From NCBI GenBank assembly GCA_009602735.1, contig WELA01000881.1, positions 1-64,000 of the forward strand: 64,000 nt of DNA, in the 5' to 3' direction. Each line of letters begins with the position of its first letter. The first letter of the stretch is position 1. Under the pieces are notes generated by a model, which ran no database searches, was not told the origin of the DNA, and saw only the letters and a list, made by a program, of their open reading frames with translations. Position numbers and translations under genes: made by a program. Shown piece after piece: positions 38,985 to 52,786 of the stretch. The DNA is from Mesotaenium endlicherianum. Lineage: Eukaryota.

Positions 38985-41900
38985 GGCAGAGACTCAAGTG
39001 TGGTGCACCTACTGAAGCTATTCAAGTGGAAGTAGCAGGGCACGGGAGTAAGGAAGTTATGGAGCAGGCAGAGTTGGGTCACCATGAGGAGATATTGGGC
39101 CGACCATGGCTGAGAAAAGCCAACCCTCAAGTGCACTGGAGCACAGGACAAGTAAAAGTCCGAAAGCGAGATGGTCGAATGGAGACAACAAAACAGGTGA
39201 AGGTAGATACGACCACAAGTAACTGTCTTTTGTCGAGCTTGCAAGTTAAGAAGCTATGCAGGACAAATCAGGTGAAGAAGATGTTTCTTGTTTTGGTGGC
39301 CCTGGCCAGGTCATCAGATGGAGCAAGCGTGAATTCTAACAGCCTGGGCGAATGTATATTGCGGGAGGAGCAAGTAGTGGTGTCTAATCCCCTTGCTCAG
39401 AAGGAGCAAAGCCCAATTGCTTAAGAAAAGAAGAAGCCTGCTGAGATGCCTGCCCAAATTAAGGTGCTGTTGGAGGAATTCAAGTGCGTTTTTCTTGAGA
39501 AGCTACCTGTGGCATTACCTCCACAGCGAGCTATGGAGCACAAGATCAAGTTGGAACCAGGGAGCAAGCGACCAGTGAGACCCGCCTATCGACAATCGTT
39601 TGCGGAGTTGGATGAGTTAAAGAAGCAGCTGACAAAGTTATTAGAGAAGGGATTCATCCGACACATCGAGTCTCCATTTGCAGCGCTAGTCTTATTTGTG
39701 AAGAAGAAGGATGGGACTATGAGAATGAGTGTCGACTACTGAAAACTCAAGAAGATCACAATCAAGAACAGCTACCCACTTCCACGAGTGGACGAGTTCA
39801 TTGACAGGCTCGTCGGGGCAAAGTAGTTCTCGAAGATTGATTTGAAGAATGGACATCACCAGGTACAGGTAATGGAAGGAGACGTTCAGAAGATTGCTTT
39901 CAAGACTGCTATGGTTTATTTGAGTTTTCAGTCATGCCTTTTGCACCTGCAACATTCATGGGACTCATGAATAGTACCTTGAGACCCTACTTGGACCACT
40001 TTGTGGTCGTAATTTTGGACAAAATCCTGATGTCTACGAAGACCTTGGAAGAGCATGTGGAGCATCTGAGAAAGGTGTTAAAGGTCTTGAGAGATCAAAA
40101 GCTATATGGCAAGGGAGTACAACCTGTGGCATATGAGAGCAGGAAGTTGGGTCCTGGTGAGCGTTACTATACAGCACATGAGCGACAGATGTTGGCTATT
40201 ATTCAGGCTTTGAGGATTTGGCAAGATTATGTGGACGGCCGGAAGGTGATCATCAAGAGCGACCACAAGAACTTGGAGAAGTTTATGACACAGCCAACAT
40301 TGACACCAAGACAGGCAAGGTGGATGGAGTTTCTGCAACAATTCGGCCACAAGATTGAGTACTTACCTGAGAAGATCAACCCTGCAGACGCTTTCTCGAG
40401 GAGGTGTGACCTTGCAGCTGTCTTAGTCATGAAGGAGAGTATGGACTTCAAGGAGAAGCTTCGGAGAGGTTATGAAGAGGACTCAAAGTTTGTTAACGGT
40501 GGAGCAGCTGAGTCCAACCCGAGTATGCAGAACAAGGACGGCATATGGTATTATGGTGATTCCAAGAGAGTAGTGGTACCTGACATCAAGGAGCTCCACG
40601 ACAAATTACTCGCCGCAGAGCATCATGACTGCTTATATGCTGGACACTTTGGAAGCGAGAAGACGGCAAGCGTGCTGAAGCAATAGTATTATTGGAGAAA
40701 TATGGACAAGGAAATTGAGGAGTGATCAACAATTACGATGCGTGCCTGCGTAACAAGACACCAAATCAAAAGAAGGGAGGTACCTTGTGAAATGAATCTT
40801 GCTTATTCAAGATTAATATATTTCATTTAAATATAAAAGATCAGAGATAGGTGGAAGCGTGTGAAATCAGGGAGCGATCTTCGCCCTTATAATGAATTCC
40901 GTTTACTCATCTATAGTCCTTGACTCACTTATCGTAGTGTGCCATAGTTGCACACGAATACAAGGCACAAGAAAGAAGCGAGCTTGAGGACTAGAGCTTC
41001 TCCTTTAGAAACTCCTGACCTCTTGCCTACCAGGCATACAAGCATGTGTAAGCACATACACAACATCAGGGGACTGAATAGCAAAGGCGCTCTCATTCAG
41101 ATGACCATAAAGTAGCTAAAACACATCCCACTGACTTAGGTGCAAAAACCATGGAATCTGTCCGCTGTGTGACCCCGAAATGTCAGAGGGCATAACTCTG
41201 TCAATACTACTCCAAATTGAGCAAACTCAACGGAAACGGATGCATCTTGACGAGATCTTTCCGAAAAGTCCTAGTTCGCTCCAAATGGAGCGCAAACGAA
41301 GCAGCCATGGCAATTTCCGTGAAGGCTGGTCATTAGAACGAACCCAAAAAGTGCACACATCACTTGCAAGTAGAAATCCGACTGTAAAGCCTACTGTCCA
41401 GAATGAGGGACCACGAGATCCCAGCCTGCTATGTACCTAGTGACCACCTGGTTGACCACGGCGCAAGGTGCGCCGTTTCGTGGGAAACCCGTTAAGTTGG
41501 GACCCACGGATCTAGGTATAACGACCATATTAATTGGTTGGTTGACTGAGTCCTAATAGTTCAGTTGACTGACGACGGCTCCGCCTACCCAGGAGTTAAC
41601 CACACTGGTAGGACATCGGTTTACCGAATCTCAGTCGACCTTCCGACTTTCAGTATACTGCGGTCACATGTGCCAATCTACAAATAATAATCTAAATGAA
41701 TGTATCTATCCTCAGCGTACTGAAGCTAAGTATACTGACTAATATCAAGCGAGCTTACTCTATGTGAACCTACTGATATTACATCCTATATATAACTGAT
41801 ATATGAATCTCAGCAAACTATACTTTGATACAAAAGTCATCCTGTTGACCTTCTCAACAAAGTCAGCAAACTACATTGTGATACAAAAGTCATCCTGCTG

Positions 41901-43160
41901 ACCTTTTTGACAAAGTAAGTAAACTCGCATTACATTGACATACATTCATTTAGATGAACTCGCACATGTGAGCATATTGACATAATACTTATTTAGTGTT
42001 ATATTTATGTATGCAATTAATTAAATAAATGATGAACTGATTCATTACACCTTGCAACTCCTGCTTATTCCAAAGCATCCTTGGGAGCAGATTGCTATGG
42101 ACTTCATCACGTCGTTACCAGTGAGTGGTCAAGGGCACGATGCAGTTTGGGTTGTGTCTGATTGACTCAGCAAGATGGCACACTTCATTCCCAATAAGGA
42201 GATTTGTTCAGCAGCAGAAATGACACGACTATTCTTTAATCATATTTTCAAACTACGTGGGTTGCCAAAGGTGATTGTTTCAGATCAAGATCCAAGGTGC
42301 ACTAGCAACTTTAAGTGGTCATTCTTTACTTTGATGGGGACCAAGCTGAGTATGAGCACTTCCTATCATCCCCAGACAGACGGGCAGAGTGAGAGGCTCA
42401 ACACAACTTTGCAAGAGGTGCTGAGGAGAATCATTATGGAAGACCCTCCAGAGTGGGACAAGAAGCTGCCAAGATTGGAGTTCGCCTACAACAACAGTAT
42501 GCAGGGATTGACAAAGCAGTCACCATTTGCTATGGTTTATAGGAGAAAAGTATATCATCCAGGAAACATCTTAATAAGAAGGCCAAGGAGACTCAGGTTC
42601 CTACTACACAAGCTTTTATGGAACACATGGCGAAAACTTGGAACACGGCAAAGACGTGTATTCGGAATGGGTTCACAGGAGGAACAGGTCAAGCATGCTA
42701 ACAGGCACAGGAGGGAAATGACATTCCATGTGCGCAACAAAGTACTCTTCTCAACAGAGAACCTACCTTTCACAATCAAAAGGAAACTGCGGGCACGGTT
42801 TACAGGCCCATTTGTGGTGCTCAAGCAGGTTAATCCAATGACCTACAAGTTGGAACTTCCTTCAGGCTAGCGTATCCATGATGTGTTCCGTGTCAATTGT
42901 TTGCGGCCATACGTTGATCAGAATGAAGGACATCCAAGAAGACTATCTACACCGCCACCACCGGTCGAGATCGATGATGTATTGGAGTATGAAGTGGAGG
43001 CGATTGTCGGCGATCGACGAGTCAAGCGCGGTCAATGACTAGTTCAAGAGTATCTGATCAAGTGGAAAGGCTACCATGCGGACGACAACACTTGGGAGCC
43101 GGAGACCAACTTGACTCATTGTAAGAGTAAGTTGAGACGTTATCTGCAGAATGCGTCGAG
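38985..43160 (+). pseudogene. pol: Disrupted pol of B1 (PR end, RT, RH, IN, chromodomain)
   Basis: Fragments 39026-39424, 39446-39742, 39934-40686 and 42175-42870, plus '[20 protein letters not shown]'. Deletion near 40113. Confidence 0.92.
40788..42049 (-). mobile_element. Solo LTR of family C (1262 bp)
   Basis: TGAAATGAATC...GATTCATTACA with perfect TSD CCTTG; B1 integrase resumes. Internal ~53-bp tandem repeat at 41811-41916. Strand inferred from the D LTR termini. Confidence 0.88.
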
Positions 43161-43187
43161 GACGTTGGATCTTCAGGAGGGAGATGA

Positions 43188-43929
43188 TGTAAGGTCATAG
43201 GTTTATAAAGAGCATTTTGGAGTTTCACGAAAGTATGTTTTAATTGTATATCAGTGTAGAGTGCATTTTATTTATCATTTTGATGTAAAGTTCATCGAAT
43301 TTGGTCAAGTATTGAGAGAGTTAAGGATTTCCAAAGTTTAATTACTTTTGAGATTGATTGACGACTGTCCTTAGTTCGCGGTGAGTGCGACTGTCGGATT
43401 GATCAACAGCGTCGAGCGATCTGGCCCGTTAGAGTGAACTCGAATCTTCACGTAAGTTCGGCTGACGCGGAGTGCCGACTATGTCGATTTACCAAGAAGT
43501 TTCGCTTTAGCCTAGCGCGTCTAAGATAGAATATTCTAGTAATGTCGATGCATGCATGTGGACGTCAATCCGGCCCGACACATCAGATGAGAGTGATATG
43601 GCCTACTCACGATTATTCTGGAAGGGACAAAATGACGAACACTTAGAAAACTCTGTAGCTTCCACCTAGAGAGGAGCATTTAGGCAGAAAACAGTAAATA
43701 GGCGTAATATCTTTGTTGCTAATCAGTTTTCACTTCTATAAATTTATACGGGTTTGTAATGACAAGGCCTTTTATCCCACATCATTTGTGAGCAATTTCT
43801 TGCTACTCAAAAATTTGAGTAATATTCCTAAGCTTTCTTAGTGATATGCCGCTGCACTCTTTAGTATGATTGCAATTAGTTCCTTCCTCGGAGTCACTAC
43901 GCTTCCACTAGGGCACTCTGCCCCTTTCA
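43188..43929 (+). repeat. B1 3' LTR
   Basis: TGTAAGGTCA...CCCCTTTCA following the PPT. Confidence 0.94.
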
Positions 43930-44338
43930 GCCGCTTATAAAAAATACATTGCGCCAAATCTTACAAGCATGACCAGGTCCAACCTAAATGCGGAAGTTCA
44001 TGAACTGATAGCCCCGCAACATATGAAGTAACCAACTTGTAAGAATGCGTTGAGACCTTTGATATATCGCTCTTTGCCTAAATAAACAAACACATGCAAT
44101 CCACATCAAGTTCATATTGTCACTGCAAAGAAAAACAAGAGCTACAAAGCCCGAGAGCACATACAAAGAGGGAGAGAGAAAGAGGAAAGAGATGTCAAGA
44201 GAAGAGAGGAAGAGTAAGAGTGGGAAAGAGGGGAGAGCCAGAGGGAAGTAAGGACAAGAACAGAGTGTGACAAGCATGTTGCTGCTGCAGTTCCAACGAC
44301 CCTTTGACGTATGGCAGCAGTTGACAGCGGGGATACAT

Positions 44339-44394
44339 GAGAGAGAGAGAGAGAGAGAGAGTGAGAGAGAGAGAGAGGGAGAGAGAGAGAGAGG

Positions 44395-44426
<32 letters not shown>

Positions 44427-44430
44427 GAGA
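44339..44430. repeat. (GA)n microsatellite
   Basis: Directly visible. Confidence 0.95.
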
Positions 44431-45286
44431 CAGACGGGGAGGGAGGGGGTGAGAGGGAGGAAGGGAGAGAGGGAGAAAGAGAGCAAGAGAACAAGAGTGC
44501 AAAAGAGAGGGAGGGAGTGAGACGAGTGAGAGAGAGGGAAGGAGGGAGTAAAGGAGGAAGGGCCCCTGTGTGCCATCCGCTAGACATGGACGCATGCACG
44601 CACCCTTAGGGGGGGGGGGGGTTTGAGCAGGGTTACGACGTTTGTATGTACGCTTAGTTTTGCAGTTGGCTTGTTCGCTACAGTTTAAGCTGTTTTTCGT
44701 GCCTTTTTCGCTTCGTTCGTTTTCTTTCTAATTTAAGGATCAATTTTAATCAAAGGAAAACCGTGGACTTTAACTATCGACGTAATATCGTACATGTTGT
44801 TCATGTTCAAACTTTTTGATACGTGCCGGGCAGAATTTTATTTTTAAGAATTATTCTAAAGTCCGAAAGAAAATTCTTACTGCACTTCAAGATTGTCTTG
44901 TTTGCATGCACGCAAAGTTCTCAAGTTTGCTTCTTCGCTGTCGTTCTTGTTGATTTAAGTGCATTGTTCGCTTAGTTCGTTTTTTAGCTATCTTTCAATT
45001 CTCGTTTTCCAATCAATTTTGCAAATTGCTTACTACTAAGAATTGAAAAGTAAAGAATGTATTTGTGGATAGACAAGCTTTTTCAAAATACACATATGAT
45101 TAATAATTATCAGTTTCACACTCACATTCCTATTGCTAAGACATGTAGTATAAATCATTGTATATATCATACCCATACCCAAAGTTGCAGTTTGAAGATA
45201 ATAAAAAGTAATCATTAAGTAGAGATTGCACATGTAACATCAATGCTCACATGCCTACAAACAAACGAGAAAGTGATTGCACAACA

Positions 45287-47650
45287 TCAACATCTTCTAG
45301 CTCTTGTCCTCCTTGCATCTACAAGGCTCTCCTCTTCCTCTACCTCATCTTCTTCCTTTAACTCCTCCTCCTCTTCCTCATCCTCACTCTCTTGCTCAAA
45401 GATAATATTCTCTGCATTGTCTGTGAGTTTCTCTTCTACAACCTCTTGAGATACATCAAGCTCCGCTTCCACAACCCATTGTAGTTTTTCTACTCTTGCT
45501 ACACCTAGACTCTTGACACTTTTCTCTTGCAACCTCAACATAGAGTGCACATATACGAGCTTCTTTGCCCTACTTGGAAGCACCCTGTCGCGAATCGGAC
45601 TCTGAACAAACCCATATATTGACCAATTTCGCTCACAAGCAGAAGCTGATGCATGTTGGGGCAAGACATTCATTGCAAGAGCCTGCAGGTTTGTGCATAC
45701 ATTTCCATAGATTTCCCACCAAACATGTGCAGGCATACTACTCTCATTTTCCAATACCAAACTATCACCAAATGTATCCCCCTTTTCTCGATAGAGGCTC
45801 AGTTCCTTGTCACCTTGAGCTCTTAGCAAAGTCCCCTTTCCAACAAGCTTTTGGCACACTAGCAAATGGGCCCTCAAGAAGTATCGGTGGCCCAAGAATC
45901 ATGGTCTTGAAACTGGATCCGTGTAGTAGCTTGCACAAGAGCAGAACAAAACATTAACATCAATAACAAACATATTCAATAACTTCCATAGAGAGAGAGA
46001 GTGTGAGAGAAGAGAGAGAGGGAACATGATATGCAAGAAAACACAGCAGCATATCAAGTTCAACAACATGCCGAACAAGAAGGATGAAGAAAAACATGAC
46101 AAATAACAACCTACCGGTGGAATGCAACGGAGAGTGTAGTTGTTGCCAACGCGCAGCAATTTCCTTGGCAACCTTAGCTATTTGAGCGTCTTTTAGACCG
46201 AGGGCATTGTTGACGTGTTCTTGAATTGCCGACATCCTGGCCCAAATCCTCCCTATTGCTGGCTCGAGAGAGTCAACAAGACGGAGAAGTACAACTATTG
46301 GCTCACACACATTTACCCATACTTTCAATCTCTTCCACATACTATCTTTCCGAATGATGTCTCGAATCCTCGTAGCCTCATTTGCACACCCATTCCTAAC
46401 AGACCACTCAAGCCAACGACTATCAGCTACCATAGCTTGCAAGGTGTCTCTAACCTCATACAATCTTTGCAAGCTAGAAAGTTACTTGCGAATCTGGTGG
46501 GTGCAGGCTTTAACAACTCTAACACATTATTGAGCCTCTTTGCATGCTGACGATAAATAGCGTGAGGCATGTGGTGATTAGTCACAAACTGAACTAAGCC
46601 CTTCAGAATCTACAATCTCTTCTAACTCCTGAATTTTCCCTAGGTCTTTGAGAAGCAACTTTAGACAATGGGCCGCTCAAGGTGTTCTACAAATGTTCTG
46701 GAACTCCTCTTGTACCAACTCTCCCGCCTTGACACAATTGGTAGCTGAATCTGTGCACACTTGCACGACATTTTCAAGACCCACTTTCTTCACGGCTTCA
46801 ATAATGAACTTAGCAATGTACTCACCCGTCTTCTTCTCACTCGCAGTATTGATGGAGTCCATGAACAACTTTACACCACGCGACACTCTAAGGACATTCA
46901 AGAGGGGATGCCCTGATGTGTCTGTCCACCCATCTAAAACTAGGGTGCACCCAAAAATCTCTATGTGCTTTAGTTGCTTCTTCTCCCACAACTCTACTTG
47001 TGTGACCTCTTTGTCTAAGAGGGTGCTTCCTCAAGGCTTATCCTTCATTGCTACGTACGGTAGGCCAGCCTCCAAACTGTATTTGCTGATAGCATTCATC
47101 ACGTCTACAAGAAAATTACTCTGCGCTACATTAAAAGAAACTCCCATGGCGTTAAAGAACCTCGCCACTACTTTATGAACACAATTAGCATTTATTCTCT
47201 TGAAAAGATCCGGTATACTTGACTGCCCTGACTCTCTATCAGATGAACTTCAAAGTTCAAGCTCAGCTGCAGGCGTTCCATGCAAGAGATTGCGTGAGGA
47301 ATTCATGTCACTCTGCGGCCGACGTTTACCAAGCTGCATACGAGATGTGAAAATAATAATCATAATTAATCATTGCTTCCATCAAATTCATGGGTACATC
47401 TTCAGACTCACAGATACCTTTAGCCCCCACTAAGTGATTACGAATCTATGTGACAACCCCCCAAAACACATGGTCGCAAAACTTGCACTCCACTTTTGGA
47501 TGTCGGTTGCAGCTTGGAGCAGGAGTGACGGTGGTCACATTGCTCTATTCAGGCGCAACCTCTCGCATACGTCTAGGAGGCTTATGTGCAAAAGGAGCTC
47601 CACTAGCAGCCAGGACAGATGCGAATGGCGTTGAAGGAAGCGACATGTTG
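45287..47650 (-). pseudogene. Intron-containing hAT transposase (BED finger, DUF659 core, dimerisation domain), disrupted
   Basis: 'ECKFCDHVFWG..IRNHLVG', 'GCTLVLDGWTD', 'VVQVCTDSATN', 'AAHCL', 'LHSPLH..YYTDP' across an intron (~45931-46114), 'WWEIYG' and 'SASACERNWS'. In-frame stops present. Confidence 0.9.
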
Positions 47651-47705
47651 GCCGTGAAGAATTTGTAGCACAGAAAGAGACACAAAACAAAAAGTGAATT
47701 AGTTT

Positions 47706-47890
<185 letters not shown>

Positions 47891-50800
47891 GAGAGGCAAG
47901 TTGACGGCAGCGGTACAAGAGCAGTCACACAAAACTGTCCAAAGACAGTCAAATACAAAGGTAGAAGTTGACTCATGAAGAGAGAGTGAGTCAGAGTAAG
48001 AGACGCAAAACTGAAATTGAACGCAATCAAGCAAGAGCAAAGCATGAACTAAATAGAGAAACATTGAGCTTGAAACTAAAATCAAAACAATGTAGCAGCA
48101 GCAATTACACAGGAGGAAGGGATATTGAGAGGGACATATACTTCTCAAACCGGTTCCTCGAAGCTGGTGCTGATGCAAAGACCCGCTTGTAGCTTGAGGA
48201 TTTGAAGGTACTGCTACTGCTGCAGCTGTAGCATTCAACCTGCACCCCCCTCCGCTCGAGCAGTCCTACACATAAGACAATATTAGAAAACAAGGCCTGC
48301 TGTTGCAGGCTCGAGGCAAGGTAAACAGCATTTACAAGAGCAAGCACACAAAGACACATAAAAGACATACAAAGAGAGACACAAAGACGTGATAATAAAG
48401 AGAGAGAAAGATAAGAGGCAGGGCAGCGATAAATGGAAACAAAATAGGGCTCCTGTTGTGGGTCTGAATAAACAAATAACATAAATAGAGCAAGCACACG
48501 AAACCGAAACATGAAACATATAGAAAATAGGCCTCTTGCAGCAGGCCCAATAAAAGATAAAAGGCCTTAAAGACAGCAAGTACACAAGAAGAGAAAGCAC
48601 AAGGAAACAAAGACACCCAAACTTACAAGAGACAACATGAGGACATAATATTGAGACACAGAGATAGGAGGCCAGGCAGACGTAAAAAAATGGGATCAAG
48701 GCTGCTGCTGCAGGCCAAAACAGTCCGACAATGACTAAGCCCCAAAATAGAGAGAGCACATGGAGAGCACAGCAGAGGGAAGACAGCACTGAAGTAGACA
48801 TGATACAAGAGGGAGACATAGCAAGCAGACATAGCAAGCAGACATAGCAGGTTGAGCATAGGGAGCATCCATAGCACAAAAGCAGCAAAAATTGAGATCA
48901 AAATAGCACAGCGATAGCAAAGAGAGGGCTACAGCACAAGAGAGAAGAAAGTAAGAGCACTAAAAGCAGACAAGGAAAGAGAGCAAAAATAGCATATAGA
49001 TTCATGAAAGAAACAAAACAGAGCAGCGAAGGGCCAAAAAGACAAGGAGAGGACAGACAGCAGCTAGACCTTGGACAATAGAGGGAGCTTCAATAAGGGA
49101 GCAAACAGGGTCAGGAGGAGGAATAGGTAACTTAGATACCTGGCACCCTTGAGGCTTGATGTGGGCGCGTTTTTGTGCATTGAGCGAAGCTTCACCAACT
49201 TGTACTTCTGAGAAAGAGGTCCCAACCTGCCCCCTTTGATGTGCAGGATATTCACGCGTGTATGACTTGGCTCCAACAACTTGCACTCAAGGGGCGCACA
49301 GGCTTGACACCACCTAGCTGCACATAAAAAAGTCACGCTTCCTACACTTAGCAACACGAGAGACAAGGCTGTCACAGACGGAATACTTGTGTTGTAAGAG
49401 TAATACATATTAATACTGGTGCTAGAAAATATCAAGTGTATTCTACAAATCATACATAACTATTGAAGCCCAACCTTCACACTAACCACTAACTCTAAAT
49501 GGCACAAGGTCCTAAGAATAAGCCCACCAAACTCTGCAGAAGCCTAGCTCTGCTTATGTTGATCCCATGCTAAGCGACCCAATGTTGCACGTAAGAGCAA
49601 CACTTCACTATGCGTTCAAAGACGCAATCATAATTCCCCCGGATATAGTAAAACTTACAGTAGCAAGTCACAATGAGCGCTTTCCAAGAAACGCAAGAAA
49701 GCATGGAAATAAGTATGAGTATACTATCAAGTCCTTTGTAGAGTTTCAGTTTCAAAGTAAGCAGACATGTTTGGCAACAGGCGGGTGAAAGAAGGCATCT
49801 GCAGGTTCCTTAACTCAACCTTAATTACTCAACCAACACGTGCACTAGATGTCAAAAGTTACACTGACGCTTCTGAAATGAATGTGAAAGTGATATTTGG
49901 ACGTGCTCAACTTAAATGTAACCAGCAGCATACTTGGGTCCTCAAAACGTTGTAGCGTCAGTAGTACTCCTGCCAAAAAAAGGTAACATGGACATATAAG
50001 AGGTTAGTAGAATGATATGTAAGAATCAGAATGACTAAGCAAACAAATACGTATTGCAAGAAACTGTGAGAAGCATTTGCGAGAACGGATGAGCGTAGAG
50101 TATGAGAACACTTACATATAGTGTATCGCAGAGGGGGCTGTGGGGACGCACTAAATGAACTAAGAAGGAAGTGCAATAAGAGCGTCTGGAGATTCATTAT
50201 TGTTAGACTTTGACTCTAGAGAGCAATAGCATTTGCCAGTCCCCTTCGAGAAGAACTAGGTAGCTCCATATTAGTGGCACTTGCCGAATGCTGCAAAATT
50301 TTACCCGTTCTTGCTTCACGTTAGCGAAAGGGGCGTACACTTTGGGGCTAACAGGTTTTTGCGATGTGCGCCTTCACATCGGAACTCCAAAATACAATCA
50401 TTTAGGCGTCCGAACGTGCCGCGATTAACTAAGTGTCAATACAAAGTTTCAGATCGTGCATTACGTGGGAACCGACTCATTTTGCTTAGTCTAAGGAACT
50501 CAATATGAGAAAACAAGAATGGCGGAACCCTGGTTTTGAGCTTACATCTGCAAGCAGTTCCTGTGCAGTGCAACCCAACCTCCTTGATAGACAACGCCGC
50601 CCCCCCCGCACACCAGAAGTACAAGACAAGAGGGTGGGCAGCATTGTCGTTCTCCCCCACAACAACCCTTGTACTCTCATGCACGCAAAAGTCAATGAGA
50701 CAGCCGCTGCCGCCGCCTGCACACACCAGGCCCCTTGCACACCAAGACAGGAAGAGGAGAGAAAGAGAGAGAGAGAGGGGGGCCAGGCTACTGCCATTAC

Positions 50801-51219
50801 CCTTCTCACACATCAGACCGGGAGAGAGCCGTAGACAGCTCCTACTGCCGTTGCTATTGCCCCGCACACTCGAGACCCCAGGCGTAGCGAGACAGCCGTC
50901 GCCGTCGCCCCCGGCCACTTCACACGAAACCAAAAGGGGAAAAGCAAGAAGAGGAGAAACTCTTCAAGCACACCCACCTCGGGCACGCACGCAAGGGCCG
51001 GGGGCAGGAAAAAGGGCAAGTAAACAAGGGTGAGAGGGACACACGCCGGAGTAGTTTTGCATGCTGCTGCTAGTGCAATAACCTTGGGAGGATAGCAGAG
51101 GAGGGAAGGGGACTAGGCAAGGGAGGGGCAGCGAGAGAGGGGAGCAAGGCGGGAGGAAGAGGCGGGGGGGAGGGGGCACACCAGGTTGGCCTTGGAGAGG
51201 CACACTTTGAGCGTGTGGG

Positions 51220-52519
51220 TGGACAGTCTCCTGGGTGGACATTTGGGGCAGGCCAAAACTGTTAGCAAACTGGCAAAACATTATCATTGGGAGGGGTTAC
51301 CCCGGGAGGTCTTGAAATATGTCAAGTCCTGTGACCAGTGTCAGAGAAATAAGTCTCGGCACACCCCACCCGGAGGTCTCTTGCAACCGCTACCCATCCC
51401 AGCTGGACGCTGGGAAACTATATCCATGGACTGGGTGGTCTCCCTACCAAGAACTGCCAACGGGCATGATTCAATACTGGTAGTCGTGGATAAACTGACA
51501 AAAATGGTCATTTTTATCCCCACAACTGTCAAAGTAACTGCACTCGAAACAGCGAGACAGTTTTACAACCATGTAGTATGCCAACATGGGCTACCTTCTA
51601 ATATCATCTCAGACAGAGACTCAAAATTCACCTCTAAGTTCTGGAGAGCTTTAATGGGGTTAATGGGAGTCAAACAGCTGCTCAGCACAGCAAACCACCC
51701 TCAGACTGATGGGCAGACTGAAAGAACTAACCGAGTTCTGCAGGAGGTGCTGAGAGCATATATTAACCAAAAACAAGATAATTGGGATGACCTGTTGCCT
51801 CAAATTCAGTTTGCGGTCAACAGTGCGGTGCACGCGTCAACGGGCAAAACTCCTTTTGAACTCAGCCTGGGTAGAGTCCCTAAGTCTCCTCTAGATGTGC
51901 TAGGGGAATCTTTAACTCACCCTGAAGGGATTGACAACCCGGTCTCCCTCCAGTTAACTCAGGAGTTTGCTGACACCCTGTCAGAAGTCCAACGAAACTT
52001 GCACACGGCCCAGCAAAACCAACAAAAATACGCTAATCAACACCGTCAAGAACTGACATTTTCCAAGGGGAATTTAGTCAAACTGCATTCTGAGCACCTG
52101 TACCTCCCTGGTGTGGTCAAGAAAAAGCTTGGCCCTGTCTGGGTCGGTTTCTATTCGGTGGTCCGTCGTGTCGGTCAGAATGCTTACAAACTGAACATGT
52201 CAGCTGAATACAAGGGGCAACCGGTCTTTAATGTCTCCTTCCTGGAACCGTACATCAAAGGTGATACACTGTTCACAGGTTGCTTCCCTGTCCAACCAGA
52301 CCGGTCCCCGCTGTCCGGGACGGCGACCCTGAGTATGAGGTCCATGAGATTTTAGACGCTCGCTCGGTCCGTCGATCGTCTAAATATGTCATGAAATACC
52401 TCATTCGATGGAAGGGTTACGATGCCTCTGGGGACACTTGGGAGTTTAAGGACCACTTGACCAATGCCAAAGGGGCGTTGACACGGTTCCACCTTCGGGC
52501 CGCTGGAGTCCCTCCATAA
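51220..52519 (+). pseudogene. pol: Gypsy integrase plus chromodomain (one frameshift near 52290)
   Basis: 'GGHLG..C..CQ', 'WETISMDWV', 'IISDRD' and 'HPQTDGQTER'; second frame 'EYEVHEIL..YLIRWKGYDASGDTWE'. Confidence 0.92.
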
Positions 52520-52786
52520 CTGTCATTTCAGTTGACACGGGAAGGTGACAGGCGGTCCTGTCTCCATTTAAGTTGGAGGGGAAAATATATGACAGTTAGT
52601 GAGCGAGAGCGATAAAAACACACTCATACGTTTATGTGTAGCGCATCGCAACTACGTCAACTTTTAGCAATCATCCTGTAAGGTAAACAGCAGCGAAGCC
52701 ACTATACTAAATACTAACATACTTCCTGCAATCCCTATGACAAAGGTCCATATCCTACTAACTTGTGCCCTGGTTACATGTGCAGG

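Larger units (their letters stand above)
18121..43929 (+). mobile_element. Family B chromovirus (B1), expanded to 25.8 kb by nested insertions
   Basis: LTRs 18121-18863 and 43188-43929; TSD GCCAC/GCCGC; degenerate PBS after 18863; PPT AGGAGGGAGATGA before 43188. Order gag-PR-RT-RH-IN-chromodomain is recovered after removing inserts. Confidence 0.92.
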
